Source of the DNA: Octopus sinensis | Lineage: Eukaryota | Assembly: GCF_006345805.1 (NCBI RefSeq) | Contig: NC_043001.1 | Coordinates: 115,568,001-115,632,000, forward strand | DNA length: 64,000 bases | Direction of reading: 5' to 3' | In this document: positions 50,532 to 61,669 of the stretch, piece after piece | How positions within the stretch are numbered: the stretch's first letter is position 1 | Layout of the letters: every line of letters begins with the position of its first letter | Program-made: the position numbers and the translations under genes | Notes under the pieces: generated by a model | What the model saw: only the letters and a program-made list of their open reading frames with translations | The model's database searches: none | What the model was told of the DNA's origin: nothing

Positions 50532-52292
50532 GTGCCTATGGGTAGTTCGGATAGTGCACAGATAGCCGATTTGGTCGGAATATATATTCTCTACGAATTG
50601 TCCGACCAATTCCCGGAGATCGCGGGCGGCCTGTATCGTGACGATTGTCTGTTTTACCTGCAAAACACCACGAACAGAATAGTGCAGAAAACTAAGAGCA
50701 GGTTAGCTAGGTTTTTTAATAGAATGGGCATGAATATAGTTTTTGATAATGAACTCACCAAGGCTAATTTCCTAGACGTTACACTTAACCTTAATAGCGA
50801 CTCATACTGCCCTTACCATAAGCCTTCCACTAATTTGAAGTATGTCAGTGTCTTCTCCAATCATGCCAAAACCGTAACAGACAATTTGGTTAAAAACATC
50901 TCTCTAAGATTGTCTGGCTTGTCCGCTAGTGCCGATATTTTTATGCAGAAAGCGGAATTTTATAACGCCGCACTATCCAAGGCCGGTTATAGGCAGAAGG
51001 TAATTTATATTGATCCGGCCCTTCCGATGCCATCATTCGGTCATCAGGATAGGGCCGTCTATAATAACATAAACAATTTAAGTAGTGACGGGAGCGCGGC
51101 GGGTGCTGGGGCAGTCGCTCTCGCATTTAATTTAGCGAACAAGGATAATTATCGGTCCGGGGGATCTCACACTAACCCAAAACCCGTTATTCATCCGAGA
51201 ATCACCCACCCGAATGCGAGAGCTGGCGTCCCGACCCACCACATAAATAGGAATAAGCATATATGGTTTGTAATTCCCTTTGGTAAGCAGATTAGAACTA
51301 ACCTCCCCCTCATGTTTCGACAAGCCATCGCCAATAACTTCCCCAGAAATTCCAAATATTACTCCACGGTTAACTCGCATAAAGTTAGGATAGCTTTCTC
51401 CAACACTAAAAACCTCGCCTAGATAATCGCCTCCCATAATAATAGGCTGCTTACTAAGACCCTATCACCTTTTTCCGGAGGCACAGCTTCTTCCGCTCCC
51501 GGTTTAATGCTCAGTAGGAATAATAATAGTAGCAATAATGATATGAGAGCCAGTACAGTGACTCATAATCTCAGCTCCAACCAGGGATTATATGCTAGGG
51601 GTATAGTTATAAATAAGGGTGTTGTCATTGACGGTAGCAATGGCAGTAGTGAGGTGAGCGCAGCTCGGCTCGTTAGGGTAGAGAGTCCCAATAGCAACTC
51701 CAGCATCGTTTCCGGCAATAGCAGCACCACGGGCACTAGCAATGACAGCACTCTGATTGATAGTGTAGAATCAGGGGTTATTCCGTTAGTTAATAGTGAC
51801 GTAGTGGAAAATAAAGTAGTAAGCGGCTGCAGTTCTCGCAACAAATATAGTGACAGTAACACAGTTCTAATTTCAGAAACTAATCCTAACAGAATAAGGT
51901 TCACGTCGGTGAACTCCAAGATCAGAAACGCCGTCTACCAATGCAAGGTTTACACGGACTCAGATGTCTACGCTTATGTCGGGGCCTCATCGTCAAGATT
52001 GGCCTTACGAATCTCCAACCATTACGCAACTTTTCGAGACGTGAATAAACGCCAGACCACGGGACTTAGCAAGCTAATATGGCGATTGAAGAATACGAAC
52101 TCAAGCTACAGGCTGGAATGGTCAATTTTGTCGGTGGCCCTCCCATTTGACAGGGGCAGAAGGAAGTGCAACCTTTGTGTCTCCGAACTCTTCCATATAT
52201 TGTTCGCCAGAGACCGGATGGTAAACGGACTTTTACAGTCGGCTTTTCGATGCCCCCATTGGCGGCGTTATACTTATCTTGCTTATAAATAA
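50532..52292 (+). pseudogene. Penelope-like RT (from PMGS motif) + GIY-YIG endonuclease, one in-frame stop at 51420-51422
   Basis: PMGSSDS, GLYRDDC, FLDV, YHKP, SNHAK; then AVYQCKV..YVGAS..RISNH..LSKLIWRLK..WSIL..CNLC..E. ORFs 50532-51422 and 51507-52292 share a frame. Confidence 0.9.
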
Positions 52293-52967
52293 CGCTTATA
52301 AATAATACCTGCACCCGGTTACACTACTTATATGAAAATAGCCCTTGGTAATAAAGTCTGAAAAAGCTTTTAAGAGAAATATGATTAACCATTGCAAGGG
52401 GAATTACTCCTGGGAGACGAATGGTGTTTTGTTTTTGACGACGGGGGGTTTCTTTGACAAGGCATGATTAGACGAACACACGCACACATAAAATATTTTT
52501 CTGCCGCCCGACGGATTTTACAGCAGTGACCATTGTGTAGAGCTGTTTACCAACTGACGGCCGCGCGATCAAACGCACACACGTACACATAAAATATTTT
52601 CTACCCCCTGACGGATTTCTCCGCAGTGACCAGAGTGTAGCGCTTCTTACCAACTTGCGGCCGCACATATATAGAACAGTACACACACACATGTTTCTAA
52701 GTAGATTTTGTCTCGCCCCATATAATACACCTAATATTCTTTAAATAGTCAGAACTTTAGTCTCGGTCACAAAGAACATCTACGCACCCCGTGCCCTCAC
52801 CCACCGGAATGACCGCTGCCTGACCCGTTAAAATCTTCAACGCACCCACCACCCGTTTTCAACATACATTGATAAACAGTTTGGCCATGGGCTCTTAGGA
52901 GCCTTGTTCGATTTGTTTTGCTCCGCCTCTGTTCTGTTTTTGTTTTTTCCAACGGATTTCCTATTTC

Positions 52968-53047
52968 TTCCTGAAGAGAAAGACACAATATGGTCTCATT
53001 ATTCAATCGGAATTTGGTAAATTGTGCCTTTCGAAACACGTGTAGAA
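52968..53047 (+). ncRNA. Minimal type I hammerhead ribozyme in PLE pseudo-LTR
   Basis: Stem I TTC/GAA; core CTGAAGA (52971-52977); stem II GAAAGACACAAT/ATTGTGCCTTTC (11 of 12 pairs); GAAA (53033-53036); stem III AC-ACGT-GT with palindromic loop; cleavage triplet GTA (53042-53044). Confidence 0.75.
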
Positions 53048-53258
53048 TGCAATAAAACGATTTCTGTTCAATCTTCGTTCAACTCCATTTCTTCAATTCA
53101 CTAATAATATTAAAATTCAATTATCCGCACCAACGCACGGTTGCAACACCATATGGTTGTACCTCCAACCGTGCTGTCTTCTGCTGTGATTTTTGCTACC
53201 AAGGTATCGGTTAAACTTTTGATTAATCTGCAACAAGATTATTCATCTTTCTATTTCA

Positions 53259-53307
<49 letters not shown>

Positions 53308-53709
53308 GTGGAGGCACAATAGCCCAGTTGTTAGGGCAGCATACTTGCAGTCACGTCTGTGGAGTGCTCAGCCACTTGCACGTTAATTTCATGAGCCAGC
53401 GGTTCCATTAATCAGATCAAATGGAACCCTCGTTGTCGTAACTGACAGAGTACTACCACCATATATATATACAGTTTGATGAAAAGTTACCCAACAGCAA
53501 ATCAAATTTCCATAAATACTCTCTGCTGTAATTCTGTATTGACTCAAATGGAAAAATGTGTCACTCAAGAAGGACTTCAGTTTGAACAATTTCCATGATG
53601 TTTTACATTTAGTTGCTTTTATTAAACCCATTCAGTTGTTAAACATAAGTAAATCTTGGAATTAAATGGTTTTGATTTGCTGTCCGGTGATTTTGGCCAG
53701 CCCTTAACG

Positions 53710-54150
53710 CATTGGGCTGAGGAATAATTCATAGGTCTTTTCTTCACATTTAACAATGTGCACGGAAATAAAATACATTGGCAAAACGTTTTATGTTATT
53801 TGAGAGAAATTTCTGCTCAACAAGATGAATTTTGATTTTTTAAATTTTATTGATTTTTGTGCATTTTCAGATCATTAAAATGCACTTTCAAGAGGAAAAA
53901 AACTTAGCATTTTCCACACCATTTGCTTTTTCATTTAATCAATTTGTTAATCCTGCCAAAGCTGCTTTTGAGATTTGTCCTGTGTATTGAGAAGGAGCAA
54001 TTTCTCAAACTACTACCCACCATTGGTTTTTGAGCTTCAAAAATGGGAATTTTGACCTCAAGGATGGATTACACAGCAGTCAACCAATTCAGTTCAATGA
54101 AGAGTGATTGAATCATCTTCATCACAAAAATTCACATAAATATGAACTTA
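53710..54150 (+). mobile_element. Mariner 5' fragment (N-terminal HTH)
   Basis: AKAAFEICPVY*EGAISQTTTHHWFLSFKNGNFDLKD...PIQFNEE, homologous to the 9610-10853 transposase. Confidence 0.7.
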
Positions 54151-54183
54151 CTGTGCTTTGAAACACATCTTATATATATATAT

Positions 54184-54236
<53 letters not shown>

Positions 54237-55744
54237 CTTTATTTAAAGCAGCAGAATATTCAACAAAATCTGTTACTCATTGGAGGCATCTACATCATTT
54301 TGACAGCCTCCAGAGAAGCATACATACACATGCGCACACACACACACACACACACACATATACATATATATATACACACACACACATTCGTGCTGTATAC
54401 TTGACCTCCACTCTCATATCTTCTTCCATTCTGTATTTATAGTGATGATACTTCAGAATCAGGGATGCTGGTGTGTAAGGTTGTAAGAGTTTGGGAGAAA
54501 AGGAGGTGAATACAAACCATGGAATGAAACAGGTCAAATGAACATAGGAGTTTTAATAAATCATGAACAGGGAAAGGATTTACGTATAGAAGGGGACACA
54601 GTAAGAAAAAGGAATAGATGCTGACTGGAAATAGTACAAAGGAAAGGAAGTGGCAACTCACAGTACAGAGATGGCAATATGTATGGTATAAATGTATGGT
54701 GTATTCTATTTTTGTCTCTTACAGCAGCAGCATAGCACTTTCGACAGGAGAATGATGGAGGGCTCATTATAGGGTCATGAGTTGTGGGGCTGGCAGTTGT
54801 GATTAGTGGGGAAATTAAGAAAGGGATACCAATTTGAAGGGTGGAGGATCATTTGTGGTAGGAACATGGAATGGATGTCTGTTGGAAGTGGCAGCAGATG
54901 TAAGATGTGGTGAGTAGTGGAAAAAGGGAAAATCAATAACAACAGTGGAGGTTAGCTCATTGATGGTAAGGATAAAGGAAAAATGTCAATAGGAGGTGAA
55001 CCATACTTAGGAGTGGTTTTTAATGGCAGGAAGAGGAAATGTGAAGAAGAGAAAGATGCAGTTTAGAAGAGCTGATTTAGTTCGGTTTCTTGGGGTAGCA
55101 TGTGTGAAAACATTGTTGCATATAAAATATACACTATCTATATAATAATTTGCTTCTTTCTTCACCTGTTATACTTTAGTTTGATAGAGAGGTGGAAATG
55201 GAATGAGTGAGAGGTTGAGTAAGAATGAGAGAAAGAGGGAGAAATGTGGGTAGAGAAGCAAGAAGAAGAGAGGAGTATAATAATACACTAAGGTCAAATG
55301 CATCACGTAGTTAGTTGAAGGGGGAGGCAAAGAGCAAGACACAAATACGATGAGAGGAAAGTGGGAGAGAGAGAGAAGTGTTAATGACATACTGTAGGGT
55401 GGAAAGAGAAAGAGGGAAATGTTAAAGACATGAAGATGGGAATTACATGGTTAAAATGTTTGTTGAAGAGGTAGAGAGAAAGAGAGAAATATAAGGTGCT
55501 TAGCAGAAGGAAATTTCAAAATCATATACTATTTTGCAACTGGAAGTGAAATCACTTAGCAAAATACAAATAACAATCATCCTTTCTTTCTTAAATAGCT
55601 TTGCTTAATCTCTTTCGTTCTGTGGAATTTCCACAGATCTCACTAGTATTTTATTTTTTTTAGTTACTTTTTGTACAATATCAAAATATTAAAACTATCC
55701 TCTCCAAACAATAAATGTGCACATCTTTCTATAATTTTTTGAAG

Positions 55745-55804
55745 CTAATGAAGAGCAATATGCTGAAGCTAGTGGGCCCAGTTATTTAGAATTGAAACCA
55801 GCAG
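55745..55804 (+). CDS. 60-nt tyrosine-motif exon B1 (T)NEEQYAEASGPSYLELKPA
   Basis: ataattttttgaag|CTAATGAAG...CCAGCAG|gtaagt; phase 1-1. Confidence 0.85.
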
Positions 55805-56024
55805 GTAAGTATAAACAATATTGTTAGTACACAGCATGATCTTAGAAATTATCTTAAACATTAACAGAAAGCTAACAGTCATGAAATGTATCATTCTCTA
55901 ACTTTTATCTATTAATATGTGTGTATGAGTGTGTTTGAGTCTGTCTCATTAGCATTTATTATTGTAGTATCAACACAATACTAACATAACGCTATTTATT
56001 GTTTTTATTTCTAATTTTTTAAAG

Positions 56025-56066
56025 ACATGAAGATTTCTTACGTTAATGTTTCAAGGAAACCTGATG
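56025..56066 (+). CDS. 42-nt tyrosine-motif exon C1 (D)MKISYVNVSRKPD
   Basis: ctaattttttaaag|ACATGAAG...CCTGATG|gtaagt; phase 1-1. ISYVNV fits the ITIM consensus. Confidence 0.85.
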
Positions 56067-56162
56067 GTAAGTATATAAGCAATCGAATAATAAAATTTCA
56101 TTCATTAGAGCAAGAGTTAGCACAATTTTGGTTCACTCTTTCTTTGAGTAGTATAGGCAGCT

Positions 56163-56525
56163 TAATGCATGTCTTTCATTTGTTCCAGTCATTGGACTGC
56201 AGCCATGCTAAGGCACCACTTTCAAGGGTTCAGTCCAACAAATCCACCCGAGTACTTATTATTTTTAAGCCTTTTACTTATTCTATTGGTTTCTTTTGCT
56301 AAACTGCTAAGTTCTGTGGATGTGAACAAACCAACACAAGTGTCAAGTGGTGATGGGATCAAACGCAAAGGCACACACACTCCCTTATATATATACCAAA
56401 TCCATTCACAAGATTTTGGTCAGCCCAGGATTATAGCAGAATACACTCGCCCAATGTGCCTCATCATATGACGAAACCCAGACCCATTTGTTTGGAAATT
56501 AAACTTCTTACCTCACAGCCACACC
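56163..56525 (-). mobile_element. tRNA-derived SINE, in copy 1 of the duplication only
   Basis: Reverse complement begins aggtgtggctgtgaggtaagaag. The 3' tail resembles the CR1/L2-group LINE tail. Confidence 0.75.
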
Positions 56526-57533
56526 TAAAAACCTTTCAAAATATTAAAATTCCATTGCATATACGATAAACTTCTTACAGATATTCCTATTTAACTCTGA
56601 TATTTTACCTTTTTATCAATCCTTACCCTTAATGATGTAGTTCATAAAAATTTATTTTGTAAGCTTAATTTGTACAAAAAAATCCAAATAATTAAGTAAT
56701 AATGAATTCAGTAGATATTTGCCAAGGCATGAGACACAATGAATGGGAATAAATTTGCAATAGTAAATGTGATTAACTGTTCTCCTCCAGTATCCAAAAT
56801 CACTCCTGTTTATTTATAACTCTAGCAAGAAATTTATCTTAGAAAAACCCTTATTGCTCTAAACATATTTGTGAATAGCTTCCCTTAATGTTAATATCAG
56901 AACCAAATATTGAATTGATGGAAATAGTACATACTGTACTAAATATTGACAATTAAATTAGTGTTAGTACATTCTGAGATTATATCCTAGAGAAGTACAC
57001 TTTGTACAATCAGCCTCTCAATAAGTTCTACTTTTACAAAATCATTAGCACACTCAGCATCCAAACTCTATCTACTAATCCCTACAGAACACTGAAGAGA
57101 TGGAGGATATTGTGGCCTCTTGGCAGAAACGGCCGTAAGGAACTGATATTTTATGTTTTACTTGTATATATTTGTGTAGCACACAGTCTTTGAATGTGTA
57201 TGTATTTTTATAATACTCCCTTTTGTTTTGGAATAGATAGACTTAATAGAATGCCTACTGGCTGATCTATGTAATTTTTGTATCCCCTCCATTTTCTTTT
57301 TGCCGGATATATATATATCATTCCCCATGATAGATCGCTAGCCACTGAACCTTTCTCTATTTTCTCTCCCTCTTTTTATATTCGTCCCTGTTTATTTCTG
57401 TGTTCCTTTCTGTCAAAGAGCGTCGGCTTGAAACATAAAAGACTTTCTCACTTCCCGAGCGTTAAACTAATACATCTGTTTGTTGTTTACACACCCATCC
57501 TCGTCTTTTGTTTTGTTTTGTTTTTGTAAATTC

Positions 57534-57586
<53 letters not shown>

Positions 57587-57719
57587 GAGTGGAAAATTTA
57601 CAGGTAAGTGTGTTAAATAATAAGGCAATAAAAGAGAATGACTCTCCCCAGACACCACAAAATATGCTTCAACACACAAACTCATATAAAGAATTTTGCA
57701 AACCAAATACAAAAATGAA

Positions 57720-58052
57720 GAATAGAAATGGCTTTTCTGATAATTTTTCCACTTCAATAATTAGATGTTTATAAGTTTACAAACAGGTAACACCTGAATT
57801 CAGTTAGTCAACTAAAGCATGGGTGAGGGCAGTTGTTGAGGCCATTGCTTCTGCTTTCCTTTTTTCTTGAAGGTCCTTCCACAGCAACAGGCCAGTAAAG
57901 AACTTTAGAAAAGGAAAGCAGAAGCGATGGCCTCAGCAACTGCCCTCACCCATGCTTTGGGTAACTATTTGAATTCAAGAGTTACCTTTTTCTAAACTTA
58001 TAAACACCTAATTATTAAAGTGGAAAATTATCAGAAAAGCCATTTCTATTCA
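57720..58052. mobile_element. Palindromic foldback/MITE (~150-bp arms, ~35-bp loop); right-truncated second copy at 59443-59725
   Basis: gaatagaaatggcttttctgataatttttccact ... agtggaaaattatcagaaaagccattttctattc; inner gcatgggtgagggcagttg / caactgccctcacccatgc. Confidence 0.85.
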
Positions 58053-58197
58053 GTTTTTCAGATATCTAATACTGTACCAAGGGCTTTCTATTTCTTTTTC
58101 TACTATCTACATATAGCTGCTACTTTCTGTGTATCATCAAAATATTTAAATCACACCCTCCAAACAATAAATATGCCTTTCATTTTATTTCTTGATG

Positions 58198-58257
58198 CTG
58201 TGGAAGAACAATGTGCTGAGGTTAGCGAGCCGAAATATTTAGAAATGGGACAACGAA
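58198..58257 (+). CDS. 60-nt exon B2 (A)VEEQCAEVSEPKYLEMGQR; paralogous acceptor mutated (possible pseudo-exon, or shifted acceptor at 58207)
   Basis: Aligns to B1 and keeps donor CGAA|gtaagt, but the acceptor reads gatg|CT instead of gaag|CT. An in-frame AG at 58205-58206 would give a 51-nt exon. Confidence 0.6.
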
Positions 58258-58492
58258 GTAAGTACAATCAATATTGCATGATCTTAGAACCTATCTTTAA
58301 AATAGACAGACAGCTAACTATTATGAAATATGTCACTCTCTAACTTTTGTGTATTTAATATGCATGTATGTATGTGTGAGTGTGTTTGAGTGTATCTCAT
58401 GAGTATTTATTATGGTAGAATCAGTACACAGCTATCTTAATTTAAATATTATTTATAGCCATGCTATTTGTTCTTTTTTTCATTTCTTAAAG

Positions 58493-58534
58493 ACACGGAT
58501 GGTACTTACGTTAAAGTTTCAAAGAAACCTGCTG
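58493..58534 (+). CDS. 42-nt tyrosine-motif exon C2 (N/D)TDGTYVKVSKKPA
   Basis: catttcttaaag|ACACGGAT...CCTGCTG|gtaagt; paralog of C1. Confidence 0.85.
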
Positions 58535-60131
58535 GTAAGTATATAAGCAATTTATTAACAAAAAATTACATTCATTAGAGTAAGATTAGCAAATATCTCA
58601 TTCTTTCTTTGAGTAGAATATGCAGCTTAATATATATGTATGATTGAAATTAAAACTTTGAAAATGTTAAAATTTCATTGCATATGCAATGAACTTCTTG
58701 CAAACATTCATATGTAACTTATATTTTACACCTTTATTTATCTTACTTTTATTAATGCAGTTCATATGCATATATTTTTAAAGTTTTATTTAAACAAATA
58801 ACCCAAATTGGTATACAATTAATATTGAATTCAGTAGATACTTGCCTAGACATGAGACACAAAAATGGAACAGATTTCAAAAGGTAAATGGGATCAGCTT
58901 TTCCCCTTCAGTATCCAAAATAACTCCTGCTTATGGATAACTCTAACAAGAATGTAATCTCAGAAAAACCCTTATTGCTCTAAACATATTTGTGAATGGC
59001 TTCTCTTAATGGTAATATCACCACCAAATATTGAAGTGAGGGAAAAAGTACAAACTGTACTAAATATTGACAGAATTAAATTTAGTGTTAGTACATTCTG
59101 AGATTATATCCCAGTGAAGTAAATTTTGTACATTCAGCCTCTCAATAAGTACTACTTTTACATAATCATTAACACTTTTCTTGTAGAATAGAATTTTGGG
59201 TGCCACTTTACTAAGGAACCCTCTTTCCAAAGTCTAATTTTGAAATGGCATATTAACCAAAATTACTCTTTGTTTACTCTTGTTCATACCAAATAGATTT
59301 ATTAGACAATACTTTTCTTTTATGCAATATGTAAATGAGAGGATGAAGAACATATTCAGTACATGGACTTCGCCTGGATTTAAATATTTTTTGTTTCTAA
59401 ATACATATATGTGTATATATATAATTATATTTGAAGAAAAAAGAATAGAAATGGCTTTTCTGATAATTTTTCCACTTCAATAATTAGATGTTTATAAGTT
59501 TACAAACAGGTAACTCCTGAATTCAGTTAGTCAAACAAGACATGGGTGAGGGCAGTTGTTGAGGCCATTGCTTCTGCCTTCCTTTTTTCTTGAAGGTCCT
59601 TCCACAGCAACAGGCCAGTAAAGAACTTTAGAAAAGGAAAGCAGAAGCGATGGCCTCAGCAACTGCCCTCACCCATGCCTTGGTTGACTATCTGAATTCA
59701 AGAGTTACCTTTTTCTAAACTTATCCACATCAGATCTTGTTTGTTTCATTCATAAAATCTGCATCTCTTAAAAGGAAGTCAAATATCTGAAAATCGGTTA
59801 TATTGATGTAGTTTTACATGCTTATTCCTGTGAAGCCATGTACTTATGGAGAAAAAATTTGATGAAAACTCGAAAAAACTGTGTATTTTTAGCCAATAGT
59901 GAGACAGAAATTTTCTGTGATGTAGCATTCTCAACTTAGTGGTGTCAACTTTAAGGTTTTACCCTGTGAAATTTATAGTTTAGCATCTGTGAAATGACCT
60001 GTTCATTGTAGGTTTCTAAATAAACAGAAATACCTAATGAAGTCAACATCTATCATCTTACTGTTTCTTTTCTCTCTTCATTGATTTCTGTATGTTTTGT
60101 ATATTTTTATTTTTATTTGTTATATTAATAT

Positions 60132-61640
60132 AAGTGAATAATTCCGGGTAGAAGTAGGGGTCCACCAAGGTTCAGCCCCCAGTCCCTTTTATTCATCATA
60201 GTCCTCCAAGCAATAACAGAGGAATTCAAGACGGGTTGCCCCTGGGAGTTCCTCTATACTGATGACCTGGCCCTCATAGCAGAATCACTACCGGAACTAG
60301 AAAAGAAATTTTGGGTGTGGAAGTTAGGTTTAGAATCAAAAGGCCTTATAGTAAATGTAGCGAAGACCAAAGTTATTTAAGTAGGAAGGTGAACTCATCA
60401 CACACACCCTTAAGTAGGTGGCCCCGCTCAATCTGTAGAAAAGGTGTAGGTAGAAACTCTTTAAGATGTACCCAATGTAAGCTATGGACGCATAAGAGGT
60501 GTAGCAACATCAGAGGAAAACTAACTGAGAAGATAGCTTTCATGTGCAGCAGATGCACAGGGGCAATAGACACCACAGATGCTCAGAAAACAGATTCCAT
60601 CACACTCCAGGGGGAGAAATTAGAAGTAGTTGATTGTTTCCACTACCTAGGTGACCAAGTTAGTAGTGTGGGTGGATGCTCAGAGAGTGTCACCACTAGA
60701 ATACGAATAGCCTGGGCAAAGTTTAGAAAGTTTCTACCCCTACTGGTGACAAAGGGTCTCTCGCTCAGAGTGAAAGGTAGATTGTATGACACATGTGTGT
60801 GAACTGCCATGCTTCAAGGTAGTGAAATATGAACTGTGACAGCAGAGGACATGTGTAGGCTTGAAAGAAATGAAGCTAGTATTATCCGCTGGATGTGTAA
60901 TGTCAGTGTGCACAGACGACAGAGTGTAAGTGCTCTGAGAGAAATGCTGGACACAAGAAGCATCAGATGTGGCATGCAAGAAAGATGTTTGCGCTGGTAT
61001 GGTCATGTACTATGGATGGATGAGGAGAGATGAGTGAAGAAGTGCCACTCCCAAACAGTTGAAGGAATCCAGGGTAGAAGTAGACCCAGGAATACATGGG
61101 ATGAGGTGGTCAAGCATGACCTTTGAACATTGGGCCTCACAGAGGCAATGACGAAATACTGAGAACTCTGGAGGTATGCTGTGACTGCGAAGACCTGACA
61201 GATAACGTGAGTTCATGGCTGTTTCCTGCACCAGCTTCACATAGCAGCCCCAACCCATCCAAAGTACCTTCGACTGCAGGACGGCCTGCTGTGCTTACCT
61301 TGGATTGTAGGGTGACCTGCTGTGCTTAAGGAGACCTACTGAGTCAAATACATCAACATCAAAATAAAAATCAAATGGAAATTGTAGTTGTGATACCTGT
61401 GCCTGTGGCACATAAAAAGCACCATCCGAACATGGCCGATGCCAGCGCCACCTTGACTGGGTTCTGTACCGGTGGCATGTAAAAAGAACCCACTACACTC
61501 ACGGAGTGGTTGGCTTTAGGAAGGGCATCCAGCTGTAGAAACACTGCCAGATCAGACTGGAGCCTGGCGTAGCCTCCTGGCTTCCCAGACCCTGGTCGAA
61601 CTGTCCAACCCCGTGCTAGCATCGTTAAATGATGATGATG
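60132..61640 (+). mobile_element. 5'-truncated RTE LINE
   Basis: GVHQGS..FLYTDD, RWPRSICRKGVGRNSLRCTQCKLWTHKRC, YLGD; RTE 3' UTR and (GAT)n tail. Confidence 0.9.
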
Positions 61641-61669
61641 TATGTATGTATGCGTTTGTTTCACATTAG

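Larger units (their letters stand above)
50216..53260 (+). mobile_element. Young Penelope-like element, 5'-truncated, with 320-bp inverted repeats (50216-50535 / 52784-53103)
   Basis: RT C-half + GIY-YIG ORF. The arms yield identical 80-aa translations on opposite strands (50280-50522 +, 52797-53039 -). (TA)n on both flanks. Confidence 0.92.
55662..59173 (+). repeat. Tandem segmental duplication of the B+C exon pair (55662-57050 vs 58118-59173)
   Basis: Collinear intron similarity (ctccaaacaataaat; gtaagtatataagcaat; gaattcagtagata; gaaaaacccttattgctctaaacatatttgtgaat; cagcctctcaataagt). Copy 1 has an extra SINE. Confidence 0.9.
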
